Shown: positions 23,301-36,634 of the stretch, one piece after another
Position numbering within the stretch: the first letter of the stretch is position 1
Layout of the letters: each line of letters opens with the position of its first letter
Assembly: GCA_905178155.1 (NCBI GenBank)
Contig: CAJINV010000014.1
Location: 1,026,116-1,090,115 of the forward strand
Length of the DNA stretch: 64,000 nt
From: Amoebophrya sp. A120
Lineage: Eukaryota > Protista > Dinoflagellata
Direction: 5' to 3'
The notes under the pieces: generated by a model
The model's database searches: none
Seen by the model: only the letters and a program-made list of their open reading frames with translations
Told to the model about the DNA's origin: nothing
Program-made: the position numbers and the translations under genes

Positions 23301-26300
23301 ACTAGTGCAGCCGCTTTGGACAAGAAGGAGAAGAAGCTGACGAAGAAGCGGATCCTGCAGCAGCAGCAGGACGCGAAACTGAAAGAGATGAACTTCTTGC
23401 TCGAAATGGACGAGGATCCGGAGGAGCGGGCCGCCCGGCTGAAGCGGGAGGAGGAGGAGAAGAAGCGGTATCAATTGCAAATATATCTGGGTCTGGAAGA
23501 GTCGAAAAGTTTGTCATGCAGGTTTTGCGTGACCCAGAAGGTATGGCATGCAAGCTGTAGTATGACACGTCTTCAGAAGGTGTCTCGATGCCTAATCCGC
23601 ATGACAAAGTCCCCTTTTTTGGTGCCAAGTCTTCGTTGGGCCGCCTCTGCTGGTCATGCATGACAGATCTTGTTGCTGTGTGGAATGTGCATCACAACTT
23701 GCATCCTTCCAGAGGACCCAGACATATTTGCAATGCATAGGCGGAAGCAGGAAGCGATCGAACTGAAGGAGAAGCTCGGCATCCCGTTCACGAAAGAGGA
23801 GGACGGGCTGGTCTTTTACCAGAAGTGGAAGCTCGAGCGGGACCACTTCAAGGACGACTGGCTGATCAACGAGGAGGAGTTTGTCGATAAAGTGATGAAA
23901 ACCTTCGCGGGGGAATTGTACGAGCTGGAATTTAAGGAGCAGCAGGACCAGATGCAAAAGGAACGGGAGGAGAAGAAACAGTTGGAACAGAAACTGTTGG
24001 AAGAGAAGTTGCGGAACAAGAAGGTGGGTGACAGTTTAGAGTTAAAATCTATGCTCGGAAAAGTGACGAAGAGGGACAAGAATCTAACCGGGCGGGAATC
24101 GATTTCCTCTCCGGACGATGTGGTGGATTCGCAGGGCAATCTTGCGAGGTTCAGCATCACAAGCTCGGGGGATTTGATCAGCGACGCGGCCAGGTTCAGC
24201 ATGGTGGAGCCAGCCTCTAATATCGGAGAAACGAATACTAGCGGGATGGCAGGTGGTGCAATAAACGGCAACAACACGACCGGCCGCGAGAGCCAAGTTC
24301 TGTTCTACCCGTCCTCGTCGGGGCCGACAGGTGGTTCTGTCTCGAGCGCTTCCTCCAGCGACGAGTCACACATCGACTTCACCGCGAATCACTTTGTGCA
24401 GGTGGATCAGAGTAAACCGCACAATATTCAAGAACAGTTGGAAAGTGAACCTGCGGAACAAGCGGATGATCCTCTCGCAGAAAAATTTTCGAATTTTTCC
24501 CAGAGCGCGGCGGCCTTGCTCGAATCGGACTTGGAAGAGGTTGAGAAAAGGTTCGAGACCAACTACGGGGAGCTTTTTCGACGACGTGATTCAGCTGCTG
24601 GCGGAGATAAAGTTGTGCAGGAACAACGGCACCAGGAGAGCATCTTCAACTTTGAAAATATGGAAAAACAGGTCGGTCTTCAAGAAGAACCAGCTCTCGA
24701 CGTCGACAAAGTCCTTTTCCACGCCGGTTTGGAAGACGAAGAGTTTCTAAATCAGCAAACCGCTTTCGACGAGAACAACGGACTATCAAAACCGCACATC
24801 AATGCGTCTGACGCTGATTGGATGGAGAGTTCTATCGCCAATCAGGTTTTGCTCTTCCCAACGTTGGTGTACCCTATTACGAATCCAGCAAAACCGCAGT
24901 CTGATAATTTTGTCCTTCGCGACGAGGAAAACCGGACTTACGAAACGTCCAATTCCCCCTTTCTTTTCATGGGCGGGGAGAAGTCCATGGGGTTGGGGAA
25001 AATGAAGGAGGAGGACCCGAACCAAGCCCCCGTCCCGTCGGGCGGGTCCGCTTTGGACCGGAAGCGCGCGTCGCAGATGCACATCAACCGGGTGGGGCAG
25101 CAGAACCTGAACTTCAACGAGGACAGTTCCGCCGTGCAACGGTCCATGAGTTGGAAGCAGCAGTACGATAACATCAACGCCAATGCGAACAATTTGAACC
25201 CGAGCAAGATCAGCGAACTGCCCGAGTGGCTGCGGGATCCGTTGACCCCCCAGGAGATGATCCAAGTGGATAAGTGGATGAAGAAACGGCACTTTCCGTA
25301 CAACAAGGAGACCGTGCAAAGGTTGTGGAAGCTGTTCTACACCATGGAGTTCCAACGGTTGTTCGAAATGCCCCAGTACAACGGGCGGATGCAGATCGTG
25401 CGACACTTGGGCGATTTGTACGACAAGTGGTCCGAAACCTTGTCCCCCCCGGGGACCGGCACCGGGTTGTCCGCGTTGAAAAAGCGGATCGCGTCGATGC
25501 GGACCAAAATCGCCTTGTCCTTCGTGGTCGCGGCGCGCGGGATGACGCGCGCGCGGGCGGAGGACTCGGGGTTCCGCTCCAACGCCATGAGTTTCAAGGT
25601 CGCGGGCGGCGGGCCGTCGACCAGTCTCGACGGGGGTGGGCGGAAGAACGTGAAGTACAGAGATGTCAGTAGACACCGGAATTTGAAGGAATTGAAGCAG
25701 CAGAGCAACACGACGAGGTTCGAAAACAAAATCCCGTTCCAAAACACCTTCAACCGGACGAAGGTCGCGCGGGTGCGGACGGAGAAGGCGGCGCTCACCG
25801 GCCAGGGGGACGATCAACTGAACGATATCTCGGAGACACTCGCGCGATTATCCGGCGTGCACACAAAGCAACCTAGTGCAGGGAATGATCTTCACGGGCA
25901 ACATGCCCAAAACGCCGACCTGACCGAGGCGGAGAAGCACGCGAAGATGGAGTCGGAAGCGCGGACGTTTACCCAGTCCAGGTTCCGGGCGGAGGCTTTG
26001 TCCAAGCGGCAGATCAAGATCTGGTCGAACACGTTAAGGCAGCCGATCGTGAAGCTCGAGAAGGAAACGCCCTTGTTAAACGACTTGCGCGACCACCTGG
26101 AGCAGATGTACGGAGGCTCGGTTCGCTCGTGGTTCGAGGGGGTTTTGGGGTTGAACTATCTGGACATTTTCAAATTTTACCAGGATGACGAGAAGCAGCA
26201 TTTACACTACGCGTTGCTCGGCGGGCGGAAATCTAGATCATTGCTAACCCGGCAGGCCGACCGCGCGCGCGCGCACGCGATCTCCTTCACGAAGAACCAA

Positions 26301-29300
26301 ACGGGGAACCACATATGGATTGCAAAAATGTCTGGGTCTGGAAGATTCTGAACTTGTAATGCTGTCTCTGGATAAAAACAAAATTTGTATTGCATGACCA
26401 GTAAGAGGAGTAGCTTTTGTGCTCCGCGGAGATGGCATTTGTCATGCGGAATAGGCATGAGGAAGCGCTCTAAAAATCTGTGATGCTACGGCATGCATCA
26501 CAGACGTCATTGGTCATGGAAAATTTGCATGACAAATCTAGAAATCTTCCAGACCCAGACATTTTGACATTTGATACCACACCGTCGGGAACAGCTCGAA
26601 CAAACCCGGGATGGCGCAGTTCTCCGTCGGCGGAGGATCTACTCCGGGGCTGCAGTCCACCAGTAATACTGGGCAGGGCGGGGGAATGTGGGACAGCATC
26701 GTGATTTCCCAAGATCTATCAAAATGAAAAATCCCCCCTCCCCATATCGAAAAGGAAGTTTCTGATGCTGGATTTGCGTATACAAATCAGGTTTGTCTTG
26801 CAGTAGAGGACTGCAGGCTCCTGCCAAGCCTGAGTAGAGAGCTTTTGGCCTAGGCGCCTTGCATGAAAAACGACTATGCTGTAGGCCCAAGAGCATCACA
26901 AACCGCCTGCATAATGCGGCAGAGCCTGTGGAGTTGTCTTCTTGCAAGACAGATGTGATTTGTGACCTCAAATCCGCAACACAAATTTTTGAAAACATAC
27001 CTTTTCGATATGGGGAGGGGGGATTTTGCCTCTCAATAAGATCCGGAATCCGATATCCAGCAGGGCAGAGCCGTTTCGACGATAACCGGGATTAAGCGGT
27101 ACTTGTACATCGGGGAGTTCATCCACCAGCTCGCGAACCGGTTCGGCTTCCTCTACACGGTCAAGGACGTGAAGGAGGCGCTAGAACTGGAGGAGTGGGA
27201 GAACACGGTCTCTGTCGCCGAGTGGGCGCCGGAAGAGATTTGCGTGGTTTTGAACCTTCGCGACTCCTTACGGGCGAAATACGGAGAATGCAAGAACGTG
27301 CTGCAGATGTGGCACAAGAAGCGGTCGTTCACATTAGAAGCCTGGTGCTACTTCATGAAAACAGCACTCGGCTACAACGACGAAGACGAGGCCACCGCGA
27401 TGATCACGATGGCGATTTTACAGGAGTATCCCGGGTCGCATCTCTACACGGAGAACTTTGCCTGGCTGGACGATTTCGGGACCCTGGAGGAAATGGAGCC
27501 GGAGATGATGCAGCGGCGACTGTTTGACAACGAAAGCAACCGGCGGAAGGAGCACGACTACGGCATGAACCACATTCCGCCGCTGAACCGGAAGTGGCAG
27601 GCGATCTACAAGGACTTGTACATGGGGAACTACAAACAGCGGCTCCAGGGTGATTTTGAGCAGTTCAGCTCGAGCCGCATGACGGCCGCGGAGGTGATCA
27701 GCGAGATCGACGAGCAGGCGCACCAGCAGGAGGAGCACACCATTCTGATCCAAACCGGCGCGGTCGGGGGGCGGCGCGTGGACATGCCGACTTTGACGGA
27801 AATGCCGAAGATGTTCATGTACGAGAAGAATGCACAGGGCCGGTTTGTGGAAATTTGGAAATTGGACAAAGAAAACTACAACACGACGTACGTCCCGTTG
27901 TCCGGGGAGGAGCAGTGGAAATTGCTGAACCAATGCGTGTTGAACAAGTACGACTCCTGGTACAAGGGTCTCCGCGACATGCAGAGCCAGGTGGCGAACA
28001 TGACGCCGATCAGCAGCATTTCGATGAAGGAGCTGGTGCAGATGTGCAATTGTCTCGGTGTGCAGGCTTTACAAGTCTCCGTCATCGTCCAGTATTTAGC
28101 GCAGGATTCCCTCGCCACCTTCGGCTTCCGGAAGATCGCGCCGAAGGAGATGTCCGCCCTGTTGCAGTTGCACGACTCCATTTTGATCGAGTACGGGTCC
28201 ACCTGGACCTCGTTGCTGAAACTCTGGACGGATTTATTGCAAGCGGAAGTTCCGTCCTGCTTGAGTTTCGGCGGGGAGGGGAAGGATTTGGCTGCGCTGC
28301 CGGACTTCATCGTGAAAAAGGAGACGTTCGTGAATGTGATGGTGCGGAAATTACACTTGCGGAATTCTGTGGCGAAAAAGATTTTCACCATGTTGTACCA
28401 GAAGAACGGGGGCGTGGTGCTCGCGGACTTGGTCTTTTTTCTCGGGTTCATGAAGAAGAACCGCGCGGGGTCGAGCCGGGAAGACCAGGAACATGGCTCC
28501 GCGATTTTGAAGTTTTTCGTCGTATTGCGACAGTCCGCGAAAGAGAACACCACGGCCGGTGCGTGGCGGGAATTTTTGGACCAAACCTCCAAGGGGTACG
28601 TGACCTGGACGGAGTTCATTTTTGGCTGCAAAATGTGCGGGTTCAAGGGGTTCGAATTGCTGCGCGTGTGGCGGCACCTACTCGCTTTCAAAACGGAGCA
28701 GCGGTTGACGTACGGGCATTTCGATACCGAGGGGTTCAAATTCTACAAGAAGTTCCGGATGGAGGTGGTCCAGTACGAAAAAGCGCTTTCGCGGGAAGAG
28801 TCAATCGCGCGGGGGCTTTTGTCCTCAGAGGAAAATGTCGTGGCGAATGTCGTGGGGGAAAAGAAATCTTCGTCCGCTGGGGACCACAAAAGTGACAAGC
28901 ACAAACCTGGTTCATCTGGTGACGACGGTACTAAGCAGTTGAAGCCCAAAGATTTGGACAAGGAGGAGGGGAAAGCGCACTCCGTGCACCACAGCAAGTT
29001 CGAGAACTGTATTCGGAGGAATTTGATCCGGGTCTTGGATTCCGACTGGTTTTTGAATCGGATCCTCCGCTCCGGGATCTCGCGGCCCATCGGGCAAAGT
29101 GCGGGAGCAGGGGATGAACAAGGTACGGGAGATGGCAGTTCTAGAAGCAGTTCTTTTGTCCAGTTAATACCAAACCAGCCCTTAACGGTGCTGTCCGGCA
29201 GGTACGGGACCGCCAGTCCCACCGGACAGGCGCAGGGAAGCCTTTTGAGAACCGGCGACGTCGCCAAGATGTCAAGTCGCAAGGAGTTAGAAGAGCAACG

Positions 29301-32300
29301 AGCGCTGATCTCGGCGGAGAAGCAGATTGCGAGAAGCATCACCGCCCTGACCGGTTCCGACGGGCTGGTTCTGCCGAAAAAAGGCGCCTCGGCGAGCAAG
29401 TCCTTTGGCCTAGAAGACGGATCCTCTTCCCTCAAAAAAGCGGGCCAGAAGATCGGGAGGGAGCAGCTGAAGATGATGAAGGACGCGGCTTCGGAGTCGA
29501 AGGATCAGATCGTGAAGAAGCAGAGCGAGAAGAAAATGGAGCGGAATTACGAAAAGCTGCGGCGTGGGAAGAAGAAGTTGAAGAAGCTATCCCGTGTAAA
29601 AGCATCCCCACCCCAGAGTTGTCATGCAATTCTGCATGCCAAAAAAGATTCTCATGCGGAGCCCTATGAGAAGCGTTTTCTATTCGTGTTTTGGGATTTG
29701 TGATGCTAGGATCAGCATGCTATGCTAGATCTGTGATGCTTCTGAGCTAGCTAAACAGGATGACACTACGAGGACAAACTTGTCATGCCAAACAACCAAA
29801 GCTGTGTGATTTGTCTAGCAGACTTCCCATCTTGACTCTGGTGTGGGGACGTTTTTAATCAGGATAGAAGCGGCTGGGAAAGAATTTAGAGGAGTTGGAG
29901 GAGAAAGAAGATGAGTCGTGGAAGTACATGTACAGTATCAAAACCGCCTACAAGACGAAAAAAGCGCAACTGCAGGAGGAGGAAAGGGAAATGACGCGGA
30001 TGCGAATCAAGTCCGTGTTGGCGAATCTGATGGAGACCTCGAATGCCGGTGGTTTGATGCCCAAAAATGCAAATGCGTCTCTGTATCGCGGAGCGAATGA
30101 TCCTAGCAAAAATCCAAACAGCAAATACGGTATCGACCCCTACCTCTTAGAAATCGACGACGAGCGGCTGATGTGCGAGATTTTCGAGCGCATGGGCGCG
30201 GACGCGACCGGGAAAGTGTCGATCATGGGGAAGAAAGAGGGTCTACGAAGAATGCGGATCAAACTCCTCGAGTGGTGTGCGGGCGAAAAAATCGTCGAGG
30301 CCGGGCACGAAATCGACCAGGCACAGGGTGCTAATCAGGAAAACGATCTAGACGACGAGGAGGAAGAAGACTCCGAATCCGGGGGCAGTCTGGACGGACA
30401 CAAAACCACAGCTTCGGGTGGGGACAAGGACAGTGAAAATGCTGTGAAAGGAGAGAGTAACAAACCGATGTTCTATCCCGAGAAGAGAACAACCACGAAG
30501 ATGAATTGTGTCTCTGTGAACAAGAGTAAAAACGCGGATGGTAGAAGTTCATCTTTGAACAGAAAATCTCTACTATCTCCTGCTAAAGTCCTCTCCGCCG
30601 AGTTGTCAAAGAAGGCGAAAAGGAGGCAGCGCGAAGCGGAAGAATTAGATGCGGCGCTCGAAGAATACGGGCAGGAAAATGGTGACCTCCCAAGCAGCTC
30701 GCCGTACGCGAAAATCGAGAACAAAACCTTGCAAATCATTGAAGAGCAGCTGAAGCCGTACGATGACGCGCCTGATTATGAGCCGTTGATCGTCTTGACC
30801 CAGAAGCAAAAGAACGACGCGAGGTGGTTCTTTACCCGCGGGGATAAAAATAGTCAGGCTCCGGCCACCGCTGAAGATTCCTCCAACTTTCTTTTCCTCC
30901 CCGACGAAGGCGAGACCACTAAGCCACACAGTGTGAAGAAGAAATCTTCCAAGGACCCCAATAAAAGCGCGAAGAGCAAAAAGCAAGCCTCGAAACTCAA
31001 ACAGCAGATGCAGGAGGACCAGGACAGCAGCAATCCGCTGCACCAATTGAAAAAGCTGATGGAGGAAAAGAGAAAAGAGGTCGAGGAACAGACCCGACTG
31101 AAGCAGCAACACGCGGCGCTGCAAGGCGAGAACAAGAACCCGTTGTCGCACACCCACATGAAAAACGAGGACGCGTTTTCGAAGACGAAGATGATGGTGT
31201 ACTACCCGTTACTACTGCTTGATTTCGACTTCTGGGACAGCAAAGTGTGGGAGTTCAAGTCCACCGATGAGGGACAATCCTTAGCGAAGAAATCCTCTCG
31301 GACGCGCGAGAAGGAGACGTTTCGCAAGGACAAACTGGATTTCCAAACGGACCCGAACGCGGACAAATCCGAATTCTTTTTCGCGAAGGAGAAGATCGGG
31401 AAGCTGTCGTTGCAGAAGTTGAAAGAAGACCAGGAACTGGTGGATATCCTGAGGAAAAACGTTCCCACCCCAGAGTTGTCATGCAGATTTGCGATGACAA
31501 GGACATTTGTGATGCGCATACCCACGGTAGACATTTTCAATCGTGTTTTGGAATTTGTGATGCTGTGAACAGGGTAATGAGATGGATCTGTGATGCAGCT
31601 GTACTTGCTAACCTGCACTACACTACGGAGTGCAACTTGTCATGCGTGACTCCAAGAAGTCCTAGGTTTGTGTTGCAAAATCCCCAACTTGACTCTGGTG
31701 TGGGGACGTTTTTACTCAGGATAGTGGAAGAGGAGAACGAAAAGGTTCTGAAAGACGAGCTGACCAGCCACGAGGAGGCGGTCATCGAGGGACACATGCA
31801 GGTCCAGTCCGGGGGCTTGGATACCAACTACTTGCTGCAATTGGAAAACCAGAAGAGAAAGAGCTGCCGCGAAATCGTGTTGGACGAAGTGCACAAACTC
31901 GCGGATCAACTGCAAAACGACGATAGTGCTACTTTTAAGAGCAACCCTTTCAAGACCACGACCAAAGAGAGAAAACAATTGGCGATCAAAGCCGTAAGTG
32001 ACAAAGTGGTCCAGAGTCTCCAAAGTTCTGTCTCCGAGTTGCCTGTTTTAGCCTACACGCAGAACAAAACACTTTTATCGCCGGTGATGAAGGCAATTCA
32101 GTACCGCGGGGAGAAACTTGGTTTACGGGTGGTTTCCCACGCAGAGCGCGACATGTCGCACATGGAAGAGTTGCATGAAATTTCGCTTGCGGCCGCGAAG
32201 GCGGAGGAGAGGAGGAATGCAAGGGACAGCAGGATCTCGACGAGAGGATCAGCACCAATTGGGAGTAGTAGACCACAAACTGCTGCTACGGATCATGAAG

Positions 32301-35300
32301 TAGATGAGTCCTCTGTTATGAAAGAAGAAAAACAACTCCTCGAGATGGACGAATCTTACCACATGCGCGCCCTGCACGACTCGGTCCGGGAAAGGTTCTG
32401 GGACCGGTCGGAACGGCAGTTTGTGACCGAGATGCTGAGAGGGAAAGTCACGTGGCAAGAGCTCCGGGAGTGGTTTGGCGGAAGTGGTAAGAATTATGGT
32501 TCGGCGATGCAAAGCCAGCAGATGCTGCGTAATGGTCTGTTCCTCACCGACCTGATTATCAACTACAAACTGCAAAATCTAGACGGAAGCGAGGCGCGCA
32601 CGAATTTGGAAAAGGATAAGCAGCAGAGGATTCTTCTGCGAACCAGACTCGCCGATCAGAAAGATTTCGGCACGAAGTCCTTCGAGTCGGCGGTGAGAAT
32701 CACGGAACAAGCGGTGGAATATTTCCAGCGGACCCTCCGGAAGAACAAACACCTGAAAAATTCCGCGCAGCGGGAATTTTCCTTCTTAGAGCACAAGAAA
32801 AAGCTCGTCAACTTCGCGAAAAAGCAGTTGTTGCAGGAGTGGCTGACTCGGTTTGACAGAATTCTACTTCCGAGATTGGAGGAAAACGCGCTGACGTCGT
32901 TTGAAACCTTCCACAACATGCGAATGGGTGTAAGAACTGCGGCCGGGGGAGGAGTAGACGCAGCTTCAAGCAACGGCAACCAGAACATAATCACGGACAA
33001 TAGGAAAATAAAAGCGGGCAACAAGCAGAAGCAAGCGAGAGACACTAGCACCCAGAATGCTGGTGCAAGCAGTTCTGCCGACCCGGAGGCGCTGAAGGAG
33101 AAGGGATTGATTGAACTGAAGTCGCACTTGAAAACCTCTTCCAACAAGACCAACATCGTGAAGCAGCCACTCCACCTCGAGCCGATCGACCCGCGGTGGG
33201 TCGGGGAAACTGCCTGGGTTTTGAAACCGAAGGACCTGGAGGACAAGGGTACATCGAACCAGCATAAAACCGACGGCACTTCTTTGACCGGAATCTTATC
33301 CAACGCCCGCCGCTCCGCGAAGCGGTCCTCTCTTCTTGCCGGAGAGCAGATGGGTGGCAAGTCTCAAGACCCTATGCTGCAAAATATTAGCGATGGCACA
33401 GCTCGCGACACATATTTGCAGCATCTTGACGCTGTTACCGACGAGGAGCACTACAAGTCTCTGAAGAAGATACGACTAGACCAGGAGCAGCAGCACAGCG
33501 CGCACATGCTCGTTGGCGTGGACTTGGATCGGGGATTGCTCAATTTCGACAACTCTTTTGCAGCAACAAGTGGTACCAGTCCCACGGGTGTTGTCGAAGA
33601 AGAAGAAGATGGCCTTGAAGACGGTGGGAATAGCGATCTAGATTTATTCCTAGAAGACCCTGGGATGCTGCATGGCGTGAGTTACGACCATGACGGAACA
33701 GCAGCAGCTTCTGGTGGCAATCTTTCTCGCGCGTCGACAGGTGGTGGACTTAGCAACAACTACAACAGATCTTCGCAGCTGTCCTCGAAAGGAAATAAGT
33801 TCACAACGGGAAACACCTTCAACCCCCGGCTGTTACCGACCGCGGGGTACCAGGAGATCGTTTCGGCGAAGCGAGTGCAACTGCAACCAGAGGATTTATT
33901 TTACACAACAGGAGCTGCAGACGACAGAAATCATGACACGATCGCAGATCCAGCGATCTTCGATTCGTTCGCCACCATAGCGGCGGAAAGTGAGGATGAA
34001 GAGGTACAACTAGATCATGCTTCTCCTAATGCGCCCAGAAGTACAACATCTGCAAAGTCCACCTTAGCAGCTGCACATCAACCAGCATCGACCAGAACAC
34101 CTGCGTCCTCGTCCGCAACTCCTGCTTCCAAAAATCACAAGCAGTACTGGGCTGACCCTCGCGAGCTGGTCCATCTCCTTCCCAACAGCCGGTTCCCCGG
34201 CGCGGGGACCAACATTTTGAAGAAGGTGGACATCAAAACGCTGAAAATTTCCAAGTCCAAGCAAGCCGCCTCGAACTTCACGAACAGCGCGAGCTTCTTC
34301 AACCGGGACAAACTGCTCAACGCGCCGAAAACGGACCGCATGCTGATCTTCGAATCTGCGGCCGAGCACGACCGCGACGTCGTGCTGTCCTACCAGGAGA
34401 TGCTGGCGGAGTGGATCCTCGGGCCGCTGCTGAAGCCCTCGCGGCACATTTTCAAGTCGCAGAGCGAGATCAAGCACCGCGAATTCTTGGAAAAAACCCC
34501 CGACGTTTTCAGCAAGCGCGCCACGGAGAAGATGAAAACGGGGCTGAGTCAGAAGGTGAAGCAAAAACACGCGGTTGACACCGGGTTAGTGCAGTTTTTA
34601 GAGCACCACGAACTCCACGACCTCCGGGCGATCTTGGAGGCGGATATCCACAGTAAATTTCCCGTACACGTACACATGCGGTCTTTACATGACAAAAATT
34701 GGCTTCGATCCTAGTCTAGCATGACAAGTTTCACGCTTCAAATTGGTGAAATTTGTAATGCATCTTGTACATGCACGGGAAATTTGTATTGCATAGCGGA
34801 GCTGCTGCAAGACGTGAGCTCGAACAGCCTCCCGGAAAACGAACAGCAAGTGGTGGAGAAAGCGAATGAGGTGATGAATAGCGCCGAATCTTCATCATCT
34901 TTCACATCCGCCGTGACGATTCAGCAGATGATCACGAATCTCTCCGAGCAGATTACGCCGATCTTGGATCCCCGCGTCGCCCAGTCGAACACGAACCAGG
35001 CGCAATCGAATTCGTCCAAGTCGTTGAACACCGAAATCCTCCCCGACGTGATCGAGGTCTACGCGCACGGGGCGGCCTTGATCCTGCACAAGATGGAGAA
35101 GCGGATGAACATCTTGAAACCCGTAGTATTACGGCTGCAAACCTGGTGGCGGCAGAAGCAGGCAGCGATCAAGACGGCGGAGCTGCGGAAGCGGAAATTG
35201 AAACTCGTGAAACAGAAAGTTCTGAACTACGTGAAGCACACGGCGCTGCCCGGGAAGTTTTTGTCCGAAAAGTTGTTATCGGAAGAGAGACGGAAAAGCA

Positions 35301-35641
35301 TGCACAACCGCCGGGCGGGCGCGAACGCGACGCAGGAGTTTCACGATAGCGCTGTCGAGGGTTCCGTGATGCTCTCAAATAAATCCAAGCCAAACTCGTT
35401 GGGAGGAAAAGCGGTCAACAAAACTGCGCAGGAAACAGTAGAACCAGAGAAGGGAGCAGCAGCTGCTGCTGCCGAGGGGGAGCAAGTAAAGCGAATTGCT
35501 CCTACGGAGGTAGCACAGGGTTTGGATGAAGACAATTTGAAGAACCGCGTCACAGAAGCCGCACCAGAGGCGCAGCCGCGCATGACGGCGATTGGCGGGC
35601 TGGCGCCCACGGCGCAGAGCTTGTTTGAAGATCTGCTGTGA
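17378..35641 (+). CDS. Giant ~5192-aa charged/coiled-coil protein with degenerate EF-hand-like and IQ-like motifs; exons 17378-19601, 19872-19958, 20222-20263, 20554-22669, 22937-23468, 23745-26313, 26582-26716, 27044-29587, 29872-31444, 31729-34644, 34801-35641
   Basis: Removing the 10 introners plus one TSD each gives one 15579-nt ORF linking seven large ORFs of the track. EF-like FLDQTSKGYVTWTEF; IQ-like VQKCFRKW and LQTWWRQK. The true start may lie upstream (coding-looking ORF from ATG 17058). Confidence 0.85.
19602..19866. mobile_element. Introner, family A2 (265 bp), TSD GAACT/GAACG
   Basis: TATGCATTGCAAAAGTGTCTGGGTC / GACCCAGACGTATTTGCATTTGATA; frame restored. Confidence 0.9.
19959..20216. 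mobile_element. Introner, family A2 (258 bp), TSD TCCCC
   Basis: TATCAAATGTAAAAATGTCTGG / CCAGACATTTTTACATTTGATA perfect TIR; frame restored. Confidence 0.93.
20264..20548. mobile_element. Introner, family F (285 bp), TSD GGCGG
   Basis: TATC....AAAAACGTCCCCACC / GTGTGGGGACGTTTTT....GATA; frame restored; also has GT(20263)-AG(20549). Confidence 0.92.
22670..22931. mobile_element. Introner, family A2 (262 bp), TSD AAGGA
   Basis: Family A TIRs; removal gives HKEKREL. Confidence 0.93.
23469..23739. mobile_element. Introner, family A2 in reverse orientation (271 bp), TSD AGCGG/GGCGG
   Basis: Internal sequence is the reverse complement of the 19602/22670/26314 copies; removal gives KKR|KQEAIEL. 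Confidence 0.92.
26314..26576. mobile_element. Introner, family A2 (263 bp), TSD CCACA
   Basis: Family A TIRs; removal gives GNHTVGNSS. Confidence 0.93.
26717..27038. mobile_element. Introner, family B in reverse orientation (322 bp), TSD AGATC
   Basis: Its 3' end is the reverse complement of the 5' end of the 7392 element; removal gives SQDPESDIQQ...RYLYIGE. Confidence 0.93.
29588..29866. mobile_element. Introner, family F (279 bp), TSD GAAGC
   Basis: Family F TIRs; removal gives LKKRLGKNLEEL. Confidence 0.92.
31445..31723. mobile_element. Introner, family F (279 bp), TSD GTGGA
   Basis: TATCCTGAGGAAAAACGTTCCCACC / GTGTGGGGACGTTTTTACTCAGGATA; removal gives ELVEEENEK. Confidence 0.93.
34645..34795. 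mobile_element. Introner, family G (151 bp), TSD GCGGA
   Basis: TATCCACAGTAAATTTCCCGTACACGTACA / TGTACATGCACGGGAAATTTGTATTGCATA; removal gives LEAELLQD. Confidence 0.9.
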
Positions 35642-35693
35642 GCATAGTGTTTTCAATCTTGAGGTCATCTAGAGTTTTACTTTGACATCACCT

Positions 35694-35876
35694 TTTATTT
35701 TTTGAATTTTGCAAACAGCCCGTCTTTGTACCATTTCCACCTCTTATTTTTTGAATTTTGCAGACAGCTCGTTCATGATGGTGTCCACCTTTTATTTTTT
35801 GAATTTTGCAAAGCATACGATTACTTTTTTGTTTTTCGTAGCCATTGCCGGCCAAGCTGATTTTTTGAATTTTGCA
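35694..35876. repeat. Degenerate ~50-bp tandem repeat with core TTTTTTGAATTTTGCA
   Basis: Four core copies near 35698, 35747, 35795 and 35861, just 3' of the giant gene stop. Confidence 0.8.
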
Positions 35877-36634
35877 TGTGATTTTTTTGTTCCTTTGATT
35901 CCAGCAAATGTTATGCCCCGAGGCTACCCCACCGAAAATGTAAGGTTTCTTGCTGCTATTCGTATTCACCCAGGAATGGATCTCATTTATTTGTCCGTGC
36001 TAGCATTAATTTGAAAACGGAAACACGCATCAGCTGGCGATGACTCCTAGGTCCTCGGCAAAAAGTGTTTTCTCTCTGAGGTCGGTGAAATTGTTTCAAT
36101 GTGTCACTCGTTATTTTGAAATGCAAATTTCGGTATAGTTATCTCTTAAGTCTTGTGTAATCAAAACCAAAAGGAAAAGTCAGTCTCTTGTTTACCGTAG
36201 AGAAAGTACGACCTCCTGCTTTCGTACCTCGTCTGGCTCTTCTACGTCATCGTTCGTCCGTGAAACAAGTCGTCGTTGTGAATTTTCGTACCCCTTCCGA
36301 GCTGCTGGTGCCGTCAAGCCCGAGCCAATCACAGATTTCGTGCTTCCAATAGCCTAACCATTAATTGCACTAGCGAGCAAAGCTCGTGAAGATTCTTTCA
36401 CAACCGCAGGGTGACGGTACACTTCTGATCTACTTCAGTCCTTGTAGTTTTCGTACGACCCAGGTCTCGGCAGATTCAGTTTACTTGCATGGCAAAAAGA
36501 CGTTGTTTGTGAAATCCCAATCCGTTATTTCTTTACGCATCCTGAGTCGTGTGTCCAAAAGCTTCTAAAATCAATACGAAACACGAACCGCATTCACTTT
36601 CAGCACGACAGGAGCACAAAACCTGAACCATAAA

